This document shows positions 9,677 to 19,029 of a stretch of 64,000 nucleotides of DNA, piece after piece. This stretch comes from a virus (taxonomy: Duplodnaviria; Caudoviricetes). The DNA lies in IMG/VR virus record IMGVR_UViG_3300028888_000084, positions 35,361 to 99,360 of that record; one strand, given 5' to 3'. A program made the translations under genes and the position numbers. The notes under the pieces are model-generated. The model did no database searches, had not been told where the DNA came from, and was given only the letters and a program-made list of their open reading frames with translations. Each line of letters opens with the position of its first letter. The stretch's first letter is position 1.

Positions 9677-10588
9677 CTATTCTTTTACAAAACCAGATAA
9701 AAATAAATCGTGTGAAGAATTTGTATCTCCAACTTCTACGTACTTAAATTCTACATCTGCAAATCCAAATCCTAAATTATTATTAGGAGTAACTGTAGGA
9801 TTATCAATAATCATTACTAACCACGAATTACCATTCCAGTCTTTTATTATTTTAGGTTTACGATTAGTTAAAAAATCTAAAATACCTTTTCTATATTCGG
9901 CTTCATCGTGCCTATTCAATGTGCTATTATATAAATCATCTTCTAATATAATAGTTGCTTTTAAAGATGATTTATAATAATTGGTTATACCATTTGCAAC
10001 CACTATAGGATATTTTTTACCCATAGGTTCATATATGCCAGTTATATTTTTTTGTTCGCCATTTCCAAATGATACACCAGCTGCGAATTTATAAATCGTA
10101 TCTGTATCACATATAAAAACACCGTCAAATTGTGACATTATAGAATTTATCATATATTGTGATTCTACGTTATTTTCAAAGTCTATAACTGGAACTATTG
10201 CGTACTCATATTCAGTGTTAGCCTCCGACATATAATCAGTAACATTAAATTTTAATGAAGTGTTAGGATCCAATGTGTATTCAGCCAACAACACCCATTC
10301 ATCAGTACCTTTTTTTCTTTTTTTTAATCTTACACCTTGCATTTGATCTAATAAATAATCTATGTTACCAGCATTTAAACTACCATCAAATCCAGCGGAC
10401 ATTATAGTAAGTAAATTCCACGTCGTGTCATAGTTTGGTGTATATGGTTTATCTATTCCACTTTCTATATATAATTTATCAAATATACCATTCATAACTT
10501 CTACAGTATTGATTTCATTTCTATATGTTCCCATGTGTTCAAAAGCAACTTCATCTAAAGGAAAGTTATATCCAACGATACTTATCAT
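9677..10588 (-). CDS. Distal tail (Dit-like) protein
   Basis: KYPIVV, FLTNRKPKIIKDWNG and YVEVGD pattern; upstream of the hub gene. Confidence 0.55.
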   Translation of the reverse strand: MISIVGYNFPLDEVAFEHMGTYRNEINTVEVMNGIFDKLYIESGIDKPYTPNYDTTWNLLTIMSAGFDGSLNAGNIDYLLDQMQGVRLKKRKKGTDEWVLLAEYTLDPNTSLKFNVTDYMSEANTEYEYAIVPVIDFENNVESQYMINSIMSQFDGVFICDTDTIYKFAAGVSFGNGEQKNITGIYEPMGKKYPIVVANGITNYYKSSLKATIILEDDLYNSTLNRHDEAEYRKGILDFLTNRKPKIIKDWNGNSWLVMIIDNPTVTPNNNLGFGFADVEFKYVEVGDTNSSHDLFLSGFVKE

Positions 10589-11694
10589 TATGACGCACCC
10601 CCTATATTTTCAATTCTAATATCCATCATGTCATTTCCACAAATCATTTGTATTACCAAGTAATCTGTTTCTAAAGGTTTAGGTATATCATTACTATATA
10701 TTCTATAATAATATATTCCATCAGAATCAAATCTGTTTAATAATTCAATATGACATAAATCTTCTTCTGTTAAATCATCATAAAATTCACGATAATACAA
10801 ACCTGTTCTATCACCTAATTGACAAATACAAGTATTATTGTTAAAATCACGACCTGTTATATAAACTGTATAATTTTCATTAAAAGATAATTGATCATCC
10901 CAAATAGCACCATTATTTCGTAAATCAGCTGCTGTAACACTACCTTCTGTTAGATATTCAATATCGCCGTTAGTGGATTCACCTTCCAAATCATGAATTT
11001 GACTTTCTATATATATAGTACCATCTTTACAGTTATTTGTCAACTTAATTGCAGATGTAAATTGTGAAGATCCATATTTTACATTAAATGTTTCTTTATT
11101 GCTATACACAACTGTGTTTTGTGAAGTATATCCTACTGCTTGAATTTTATATGTCGTATCGTCTTCTAATCCAGTAAAAGTGTAATTCAAATACGTTGGT
11201 GGCGGAATAGTGTCATAAACATATATTCTATTTTCACCATCTATTGATTTTATCAAATTATCATATCTATCGTATAATAAAAATCCATAAGAACTTAATA
11301 ATTCACCTTGCAATTGTGTATATGTAGCTTTGAAATTATAAGAAGATGCTTCTACGATTCCACCTGCTGGTATATTTGTAAAAACAATAACTGGCGTAGT
11401 ATAACACCAAAATTGTATAGAATTACTAGCCATACTATAATTATCATCTTCGTCAACCGTTTGAATACTTGCAACATAATAATTACCATTAGTTAGTGAA
11501 TTAGCTGGTAATACATATTTTGGTGATGTAGAAGAGATTGTATTACTATATACTACTGCACCTGTATCGTTTAATTTGACAGTCAACTTGCTGCCAACAA
11601 ACGGATCGCCGCCATTGGCAACAAAGTTAAATGTCATAGATTTAGTGGCATCAAATGCAGCCACCGAAGATAATACTGGTTTTATTAATGCCAC
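10588..11694 (-). CDS. Minor tail protein with FN3-like domains
   Basis: Beta-rich; YTFTGLEDDTTYKIQAVG FN3-like strand pattern. Confidence 0.55.
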   Translation of the reverse strand: MALIKPVLSSVAAFDATKSMTFNFVANGGDPFVGSKLTVKLNDTGAVVYSNTISSTSPKYVLPANSLTNGNYYVASIQTVDEDDNYSMASNSIQFWCYTTPVIVFTNIPAGGIVEASSYNFKATYTQLQGELLSSYGFLLYDRYDNLIKSIDGENRIYVYDTIPPPTYLNYTFTGLEDDTTYKIQAVGYTSQNTVVYSNKETFNVKYGSSQFTSAIKLTNNCKDGTIYIESQIHDLEGESTNGDIEYLTEGSVTAADLRNNGAIWDDQLSFNENYTVYITGRDFNNNTCICQLGDRTGLYYREFYDDLTEEDLCHIELLNRFDSDGIYYYRIYSNDIPKPLETDYLVIQMICGNDMMDIRIENIGGAS

Positions 11695-11711
11695 ATTACC
11701 TCACCCCTATT

Positions 11712-12059
11712 TTATGAATTAATTAAATTTTGTCTTTCTAATCTTAATTCTCTTTTTTTATCTATTAATTGTTTTGTTGTTTCATACAAAGTATTATAAG
11801 TACCACTTGCATCTATTTGATTTTCTAAGTGCCTTGTAACACCTTGCTCATCTATTTCTTTTAGTTCATTGTCTATTTCTTCTATTCTTTCTTCTTTTGT
11901 TTTTACTGGATGCGACCATTTATCACCGTCAAATATGTCGCCGACACCAAATTCATCATCTACTTTTATTAATCTTATATCAAAAGCCATAGCGTCTTCT
12001 ACAGTGTTAAATAACATTGTTTCGATACATACTTCGTCTTCTATTATACCAAATATCAT
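11712..12059 (-). CDS. Hypothetical protein, possible fibre assembly chaperone
   Basis: Small acidic protein directly after a fibre-like gene. Confidence 0.45.
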   Translation of the reverse strand: MIFGIIEDEVCIETMLFNTVEDAMAFDIRLIKVDDEFGVGDIFDGDKWSHPVKTKEERIEEIDNELKEIDEQGVTRHLENQIDASGTYNTLYETTKQLIDKKRELRLERQNLINS

Positions 12060-12076
12060 TTATAATGGCACCCCCT

Positions 12077-13405
12077 TTATACCATAGGATATAAAATTAC
12101 AACGCCTTGTGTTGGATTTATAGATTCTTTTATTTCACTATCCATATATCTATAACTTCCGCCATTACCATAAGTAATTCCATCTATTGTCCATCCTTCG
12201 CCACCTAATGCGTAATGCCAATAACCATCAGTTTTACTACCATTATGACCATCATATCCAACACCACCAGATACAGTTCCGCCTTCACCGCCAGATTGTG
12301 AACTACTATTGGTTACGCCACCATTTCCACCATATGCGATTAAATTACCAATCTGTGAATATCCACCGTTTGTACCAGAACTAGCATCGTATCTTGAATA
12401 ATGATTGACACCAGGCGCACCAATTATGACTTCAGTAGTATTTGATGTAGGCTTAAATATATCTTCTATTTTTCCACCTGCACCACCACCCATAGCATGC
12501 CAGTAATAATATGTTGCCGATGCCCCACCACCAGCGCCTATAACTATAGCCCTATAAGATATATCAGGATCTATATCATAAGTTCCACTAGAAGTTATTA
12601 CTATAGCATTAGTATCTAATCCAAATGTTGTTGGCTGAACTAACCATACAGCACCATTATACATGATGTTATAATATTTACCAGCCCTTATTGTACCTAC
12701 AATTTGTTTTGCATCATTGTTTCCTATTTTAATATAAGGATTTTCAAAAACGGTTTTATCATCATATGCAATACCAACTATATTTAATATAACGTTATTT
12801 TCATATAAAAAGTAAGGTATATCGAAATCTAAATAATAATTATAAAATGTTTCTGGCGTAGCATATTCTAATGGTTGCCAATTAGATACGATGAGCTGTG
12901 CCTTTGAAGCTCTATTCTTATAAAATCTGTAATAAGTATAATAATCTCTATTATTTAATACAAATTCTCTTACAGACGTTGAAGCCCCAGAAACTGTATA
13001 TAAATCAGTCCAGGAAGTTCCGTTTTTACTTCCTTGTATGGTAACTGGCGACGTTCCAGAAACAGCTGCTTCCATCTTTGTTATTTTAGTAGCTTCTGGT
13101 AATTGTAACGTTATATAAACATCACCAGTTGCATTATTAGATTGCCACGATCCAGATGTGGCAAATGCGTTTTTGGCGGCATAAGTCGAACTGTAACTTG
13201 AACTTGCTGTAACTATATAACCTAAATTATTAGAATCTTTATATTTTGTATATGATGTAACAGCAGTCCAAGATGTAGGAAACACCATATCTGTTCTATA
13301 ATCTTCACTTTCATAACTTTCTTTGTGCATAGTTGGAATATTGAATCTATCAATACCAATGATAGATTCTTTTGAACTACTATTAAAAGAGTTTATTATA
13401 GACAT
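12077..13405 (-). CDS. Fibre/receptor-binding-like protein (discoidin/CBM32-like plus glycine-rich domain)
   Basis: TASSSY..AKNAF..W..YITLQL..IQGSKNGTSWTDL..YYRF discoidin pattern; C-terminal IGAGGG/GGGAGG Gly-rich domain. Confidence 0.65.
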   Translation of the reverse strand: MSIINSFNSSSKESIIGIDRFNIPTMHKESYESEDYRTDMVFPTSWTAVTSYTKYKDSNNLGYIVTASSSYSSTYAAKNAFATSGSWQSNNATGDVYITLQLPEATKITKMEAAVSGTSPVTIQGSKNGTSWTDLYTVSGASTSVREFVLNNRDYYTYYRFYKNRASKAQLIVSNWQPLEYATPETFYNYYLDFDIPYFLYENNVILNIVGIAYDDKTVFENPYIKIGNNDAKQIVGTIRAGKYYNIMYNGAVWLVQPTTFGLDTNAIVITSSGTYDIDPDISYRAIVIGAGGGASATYYYWHAMGGGAGGKIEDIFKPTSNTTEVIIGAPGVNHYSRYDASSGTNGGYSQIGNLIAYGGNGGVTNSSSQSGGEGGTVSGGVGYDGHNGSKTDGYWHYALGGEGWTIDGITYGNGGSYRYMDSEIKESINPTQGVVILYPMV

Positions 13406-13446
13406 GAAATTTCACCCTTTCTTTATTTTCAAATATTGTTTATTAT

Positions 13447-13475
13447 ATTATATCGTGTTTTATTATTTTTGTCAA
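13447..13475 (-). promoter_or_regulatory. Consensus SigA promoter inside the tail operon
   Basis: TTGACA-17 bp-TATAAT, perfect match. Confidence 0.75.
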
Positions 13476-13480
13476 GTTCA

Positions 13481-15085
13481 TTAATAACTTCCATTTATAG
13501 CAGCAGTGATATATGTATTAATTGCTGTAGATATTGCCTGATCAACATAATCTTTTGTTGCTAATTCCTTTGCATCAGTGTCATCTTGACCTGTTCCACC
13601 GATTTTAATAACACCAGAAAACCAACCATTACCAGACCAATCAACAGTATGTGCATTACTTCTTTCTGCTGTGCCAGTACCATTACCAATGATAGATATA
13701 TATTTTCCTTTGTCACTTCCGAGCGTTCCTTCTGTGTCCAATATATTGTATTCACCGATTACATGCTGGGATCTTCTTTGTGCCGTACTTAATCTACCTT
13801 CTGCATGAGAATATAAACCAGAAGCTGTAGTTTGATAACCTTCGCAATGTGCATATTGTGCACTTGCCGTACTTAACCATCCTTCAGCATGTGCACCAGA
13901 ACCACTAGCTGTAGTGTTACTTCCCTCGGCATATGAATAAGAACCACTAGCCGTAGTGTTTAAACCTACGGCTGTAGAACTAGCACCCACTGTTGTATTC
14001 GCTTTTCTTCCTACGTTTATTGTAGAATCACCATATTTTTCTTTCAATGCATATTTCGCATCAGATTCTGTTTTTGTATAAGAATCACCGCTTCCACCAC
14101 CGCCAGATACCGTTCCCCAATATCTTGAACCACTACCATCTGTCATTAACACTTGACCAGAAGTACCATCACTTGATGGTTCACTTATTTTGTCGTCTAA
14201 TGCCGACTTTACACCGCCACTTTTAACTAGATTATCACTATTTTGTGTTGGTGTATTATCTATAGAAGGAAAATCAGTTATATTAGAAATAGTGTGATTA
14301 TGACTATTATTATTAACACTGACGTTTCCGTTGTTATCAACCGTAATATCTGTTCCAGACTTCACACCGCCAAGAGTATTACTTGATGCTGTCGGCAACA
14401 CATAGTTGCTTAAACCACTAAGTTTTTGTTTTTCTGTGGTTGTATAATTATTATCAGTATGAACATAATTAGAATCTGATATAAAAGAACTATCGTTGAT
14501 TAACTGTGATGTTTTTGTTACAGCTTCTGGTGCATTTGTTAAATCATCATAGTCGCCAGTAAAAGCAACGGCACTTAAATCAGAATACCATTTGGCTATT
14601 TTACCAAGTATAACGGATAGTGTTTCGCCAGAATTTATACCACTTCTTATTGCAGCTTGTGTAAAAGTTACAATATTTGAATTTAAATTAGAATCGTTTG
14701 ATAGTTTATTTGCTAATTGCTGACTTAAACCATTTATGTCACTTATACCAATAATAACATTACCAGTCTTGCCATTTACAGAAGTTACACCAGACTCTCC
14801 GCCGCCGCCACCATTTTGACTACCAGGCGCCAGTATAAACATATTATTGTACTGATTTTCTGGAACTAAAACTTTTACAATGGCATTTAGAGGCAGCACA
14901 TCACTGGAAATAGATGGAACTTCATATTCCGTATCGTCTATTTTAACTATATATCTGTTTTTATCCAATAATCTTATTATTCTTCCTGTCCTGGTTTTAT
15001 CAAATGATGCATTTTTAAGTCTTTCTTTAACAATATAATCTATACTATTGATAATTTCATCTGTAATATAATCATATTTCGCCAT
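13481..15085 (-). CDS. Tail spike/fibre protein with YadA-like head repeats
   Basis: N-terminal OB-like baseplate domain, VTSVNGKTG and LPTAS..LGGVK fibre motifs, 14-aa TTASGxxSHAEG repeats. Confidence 0.7.
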   Translation of the reverse strand: MAKYDYITDEIINSIDYIVKERLKNASFDKTRTGRIIRLLDKNRYIVKIDDTEYEVPSISSDVLPLNAIVKVLVPENQYNNMFILAPGSQNGGGGGESGVTSVNGKTGNVIIGISDINGLSQQLANKLSNDSNLNSNIVTFTQAAIRSGINSGETLSVILGKIAKWYSDLSAVAFTGDYDDLTNAPEAVTKTSQLINDSSFISDSNYVHTDNNYTTTEKQKLSGLSNYVLPTASSNTLGGVKSGTDITVDNNGNVSVNNNSHNHTISNITDFPSIDNTPTQNSDNLVKSGGVKSALDDKISEPSSDGTSGQVLMTDGSGSRYWGTVSGGGGSGDSYTKTESDAKYALKEKYGDSTINVGRKANTTVGASSTAVGLNTTASGSYSYAEGSNTTASGSGAHAEGWLSTASAQYAHCEGYQTTASGLYSHAEGRLSTAQRRSQHVIGEYNILDTEGTLGSDKGKYISIIGNGTGTAERSNAHTVDWSGNGWFSGVIKIGGTGQDDTDAKELATKDYVDQAISTAINTYITAAINGSY

Positions 15086-15111
15086 TGTATCACCCCTTTA
15101 CAAAATATTTA

Positions 15112-15138
15112 TCCTACAACGCTTTATGCGTTGTAGGA
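15112..15138 (-). terminator. Probable intrinsic terminator after the fibre/GT cassette
   Basis: TCCTACAACGC-5-GCGTTGTAGGA stem. Confidence 0.55.
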
Positions 15139-15147
15139 ATTTTAAAT

Positions 15148-15333
15148 TTATTCTTCATTATCTATTATTTCATCAATTTCTTCGAAATCGTCTTCACTTG
15201 TTCCATCGGCTAAATAAATCTCTTTTGCGGTTACAACTGGATTTCCGTCTTCGTCTTTCGATTTACTGACAATCACTTTACCTTTAGCCGCTATTAATTT
15301 TCTTAATGTTACTTCTTGTGTTTGAATTTGCAT
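15148..15333 (-). CDS. Small fibre-associated (chaperone-like) protein
   Basis: LIAAKGKV..EIYLA..DFEEI pattern seen after phage fibre genes; good SD. Confidence 0.5.
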   Translation of the reverse strand: MQIQTQEVTLRKLIAAKGKVIVSKSKDEDGNPVVTAKEIYLADGTSEDDFEEIDEIIDNEE

Positions 15334-15361
15334 CCTTTTAGCCTCCTTTTTATTGATATTA

Positions 15362-16312
15362 TTAATTTTCTGTTAATTCCATAAAAGTTGTAAGAGTAAT
15401 GTCTACAGGTTTACATAACGTTAATAATTTTTGTTTAGCCACGTTTTCATATACTTCTACAAATAAATCAGCATCGAATTTTTCATTTATAAAAATTTTA
15501 TAAAATTTTTTTACCCATTTAAAAAATTCATCATAATTTATTCTTTCATCGCCCCATATTTTAAGATCTAGATAAAAAAAATAAGCCGTTATATATATTG
15601 TATATATAAATTTCTTTATTATTTCTTCTGCAGTACCTATTCTTCTTATCTCGCTTACAGCCCATTCCATATTATTTAAATATCCTTCGATACCAGTAAA
15701 TCTATATATACCATCATCACGTCTAGTAATACTATTTGGATTAAAATGCCATATATATGTATCATCATTAAGATGACCTGCTTTGCCTACAGCAAAGCAA
15801 ACTGCATTAAATCCAGTATCTTCATTTGCCCTAGTATCGTTAAAATATATAGAGTTTTTTTCTAAAAATTCTCTTCGATACATTTTACCAAACACCCATA
15901 TTACATCTGCTATATGGTTAAGAAATTGATTATTTTCTAATTCTTCAAAAAAATTAGAATTAATCAAATCATACTGTCCTTCTTCTATAAAATCATATAA
16001 TCGCTGTACTGCAAATGAACTGGTAAGTGTATCATCGCTATCCATAAACATTATATACTTACTTTTACCAGCTTTAATTCCCATTCGTCTTGCAACCCCA
16101 GGTCCGCTATTTTTATCAAGTTTAACAATCTCCATATCCAAATCTTTAAATTGTTCTAATAAATAATTATACGGATCTTTTGAAAAGTCGTCAACTAATA
16201 TTATATGGATTTTATCTTTAATTGTTTGTGTTTCTATACTATATAAAACCCTTTTAATTGTTGAGTGTGCATTATAACATGGCACAATTAAATCAATTTC
16301 CTTTTTTTCCAT
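15362..16312 (-). CDS. Glycosyltransferase family 2
   Basis: IVPCYNA, DDFSKD, NSGPGVAR, FMDSDD (DxD), GKMYRR and NED motifs. Confidence 0.9.
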   Translation of the reverse strand: MEKKEIDLIVPCYNAHSTIKRVLYSIETQTIKDKIHIILVDDFSKDPYNYLLEQFKDLDMEIVKLDKNSGPGVARRMGIKAGKSKYIMFMDSDDTLTSSFAVQRLYDFIEEGQYDLINSNFFEELENNQFLNHIADVIWVFGKMYRREFLEKNSIYFNDTRANEDTGFNAVCFAVGKAGHLNDDTYIWHFNPNSITRRDDGIYRFTGIEGYLNNMEWAVSEIRRIGTAEEIIKKFIYTIYITAYFFYLDLKIWGDERINYDEFFKWVKKFYKIFINEKFDADLFVEVYENVAKQKLLTLCKPVDITLTTFMELTEN

Positions 16313-16328
16313 AATATTTCCTCGCTTT

Positions 16329-17405
16329 CTAAGTTACATTCCATCCTTTGCTGGTTGCAATGGCTATTTCAGAAGAAGATAATTTAGATAAATTAGTAGT
16401 TCCGAAAACCAAACTTTGATTTGCTTTACCAGCAGAAGATAAATCATATAATCCATTTATAATATTCATCATACTATCATGTGTTAATTTCGTACTTGCA
16501 TTTAATGCAATTCTATATGCTGCATAATTAACAGTAGTTGATGTATAACCTTGTCCTATATTACTAAATGTGCCAGTAATATTTGCAAGATTTGAACATC
16601 TATAAAATGCATTCGTCATGACATTAACATGTGTGCTATCAAATGTTCCTAATGACAAGTCAGATAATTTACTACAGTTATTAAATATATTAGCTAGTGT
16701 TGTTGCAGTACTATTTTGTAATCCACTTATATCTAGACTTGCTAAATTAGCACAATTACGAAACATTATACTAAGAGTAGTTAATGCCGAACTATCAAAC
16801 CCACTTAAATTTAATGAAGTCAACTTGTTACAATTATCAAACATTTGTGACATACTTGTTACTTTAGATGTATTAAAATTACTTATATCTAGACTTGCTA
16901 AATTAACACAATTTGCAAACATATTAGCCATCATAGTTACATTTGATGTATTGAAACTATTCAAGTTTAAACTAGTTATTTTTCTGCAATTAGAAAATGT
17001 ACCATACATATTTGTTACCTTAGATGTATTAAAATCCTGCATATTCAAAGAAGATAAATTAGTACAGTTTGCAAACATAAAATACATATTTGTAGCATTT
17101 GATTTATCAATATTTGTAAAATCTATAGTTGTAAGAAGATCGCAACCATCAAAAGCACGAGAAAAATTATTTACAACTGGTGCTGTTATTGGCGGAATTT
17201 GTTTTATAAATCTTGCTATAAAACAACCATTACTTTGTGTTGATCTACTTGATTCAAAATAGTCATAAATATTATCTCCACCGCCACCACTAGGTAAATT
17301 ACTTATTTCCGAGGCAAAATTTTGTGCTGGTATAGCAGCTGACGTGCCCTTCTTACTTCTTATTGCATTTGCAATATCGGTAAATAAATCTGTTAATTGA
17401 CTCAT
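16329..17405 (-). CDS. BspA/DUF285-type leucine-rich repeat fibre protein
   Basis: 26-aa repeats (LDISNFNTSKVTSMSQMFDNC); N-terminal FTDIANAIR and C-terminal IATSKGW. Confidence 0.8.
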   Translation of the reverse strand: MSQLTDLFTDIANAIRSKKGTSAAIPAQNFASEISNLPSGGGGDNIYDYFESSRSTQSNGCFIARFIKQIPPITAPVVNNFSRAFDGCDLLTTIDFTNIDKSNATNMYFMFANCTNLSSLNMQDFNTSKVTNMYGTFSNCRKITSLNLNSFNTSNVTMMANMFANCVNLASLDISNFNTSKVTSMSQMFDNCNKLTSLNLSGFDSSALTTLSIMFRNCANLASLDISGLQNSTATTLANIFNNCSKLSDLSLGTFDSTHVNVMTNAFYRCSNLANITGTFSNIGQGYTSTTVNYAAYRIALNASTKLTHDSMMNIINGLYDLSSAGKANQSLVFGTTNLSKLSSSEIAIATSKGWNVT

Positions 17406-18952
17406 TAGTAACTACCCCCTATCGCACTTGTTATTGCATTTGCTATTGCATTATCTACATATTCTTCTGTAGCAAGTTTTTTTGCATTTGCGTTATCTTT
17501 ATCAGTAGCACCTACATATACATCACCTGCAAAGCAACCATTACCACTCCAATCAAGTGTATAAGCATTGCTTCGGTTACTTTCGTCTGCACCATTTCCT
17601 GCTATAGAAAGATATTTGCCATGAGTAGTCTGCCCGCCAGTCATATCATATGCATTATATTCACCTATTACGTGTTGCGATTTCCTTTGTGCAACAGTAC
17701 CATACCCTTCTGCATGTGAATAATAACCTGAAGCTGTTGTTTTATAACCCTCTGCATGCGTATAACTTCCGCTTGCTATTGTGTCGCCACCTTCTGCGTG
17801 TGAACTATCACCACTTGCTATATTTTTATTGCCTTCTACGTGTGAATAATTACCAGAGGCAACGGTAGTTAATACTGTAGTGTTGACATTTGATAAAGTG
17901 TCAGATGAAAGAGTTTGATTTAATGTTACACTTGTATCTTCTACGATATTTGTAATTTTTCTTATAATATTATTGTATTCAACATAATATCCTACTTTCA
18001 CATCAGTTGTACTGGCTGTTGTATATGTTGTAGCATTTGCTTCGCCAGTTAATTTAAGTGTAACATTATATCGATGTCCACCTTCAGAATGTGAACCTAT
18101 ACCAGAAGATACAGTGAATTTACCTTCTGCATGTGAATAATCACCAGAAGCAACAGTAATATATCCTTCTGAATGTGAACTTGAAGCACTAGCAATAGTA
18201 TTATTACCTTCTGCGTGTGAAGAGTTACTACTAGCTATTGTATTGCGTCCTTCTGCATGAGAATATAAACCAGAAGCTGTGTTACTAGCACCTTCCACGT
18301 GTGAACTTTCGCCACTAGCAATAGTGTTATTGCCTTCAGCATGTGAATAATTACCAGAAGCTGTAGTACTATATCCTTCTGCTGTTGATCTTGAACCTAC
18401 AGTTGTACTAGATTTTCTTCCTATATTTATAGTTGTATCACTATATAATGATTTTTGTGCTGCATAATTATATACTGCTTCAGCACTTGGATATTGAATA
18501 TCTGTGCTGCTAGATGATATGGTAGTGACTTTATTACTTGGAAGTTCAAATGAACTGGCAAATGAATATATATTTAATTGATTCATCTGCCACACGTTGT
18601 TATCATATTTTAATTCCAAAGTTATTATACCAAGTTGATTTCCTTGTTCTGTAAGTGCCCACATAAATTGAATAATTTTTTGCGATCCATTATCTGCTAT
18701 TTGTTCAACAATTCCAGACATAGTTCCTTCTTCGCCAGCATAAACAATTACATGTGAAGGCAATTGGTTATTTGAAGCAAAATTTGTCATAGCCGTTTCT
18801 ATCGACTGTATATTAGACGCAGCAGATATAGTGGGAAAATTTGGCTCTATTGTTGCATCTAAAAATATATCTTCTGAGCTAACGGAATTATTATCTACAT
18901 ACTCCTTAGTAACAATATCTTTAGATTCATCTATTTGACCAAGATTTTTCAT
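17405..18952 (-). CDS. YadA-like head-repeat adhesin/fibre protein
   Basis: More than 10 TIASGxxSHAEG 14-aa repeats; C-terminus paralogous to 13481-15085. Confidence 0.75.
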   Translation of the reverse strand: MKNLGQIDESKDIVTKEYVDNNSVSSEDIFLDATIEPNFPTISAASNIQSIETAMTNFASNNQLPSHVIVYAGEEGTMSGIVEQIADNGSQKIIQFMWALTEQGNQLGIITLELKYDNNVWQMNQLNIYSFASSFELPSNKVTTISSSSTDIQYPSAEAVYNYAAQKSLYSDTTINIGRKSSTTVGSRSTAEGYSTTASGNYSHAEGNNTIASGESSHVEGASNTASGLYSHAEGRNTIASSNSSHAEGNNTIASASSSHSEGYITVASGDYSHAEGKFTVSSGIGSHSEGGHRYNVTLKLTGEANATTYTTASTTDVKVGYYVEYNNIIRKITNIVEDTSVTLNQTLSSDTLSNVNTTVLTTVASGNYSHVEGNKNIASGDSSHAEGGDTIASGSYTHAEGYKTTASGYYSHAEGYGTVAQRKSQHVIGEYNAYDMTGGQTTHGKYLSIAGNGADESNRSNAYTLDWSGNGCFAGDVYVGATDKDNANAKKLATEEYVDNAIANAITSAIGGSY

Positions 18953-18980
18953 ACTTAAATCTCACCTCTTTGTAAAAAAT

Positions 18981-19008
18981 GGGAGTGTCAAATACTTTTG
19001 ACACTCCC
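18981..19008 (-). terminator. Intrinsic terminator
   Basis: GGGAGTGTCAAA-4-TTTGACACTCCC followed by a U-tract on the minus strand. Confidence 0.7.
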
Positions 19009-19029
19009 CCATATTTATATTTATTCTAA

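Noticed and set aside
16618-17262. 214-aa plus-strand ORF
   Set aside because: Antisense shadow of the LRR repeats; no SD or independent motif. The same applies to most short opposite-strand ORFs in the track (e.g. 5131, 20351, 38434, 57708).
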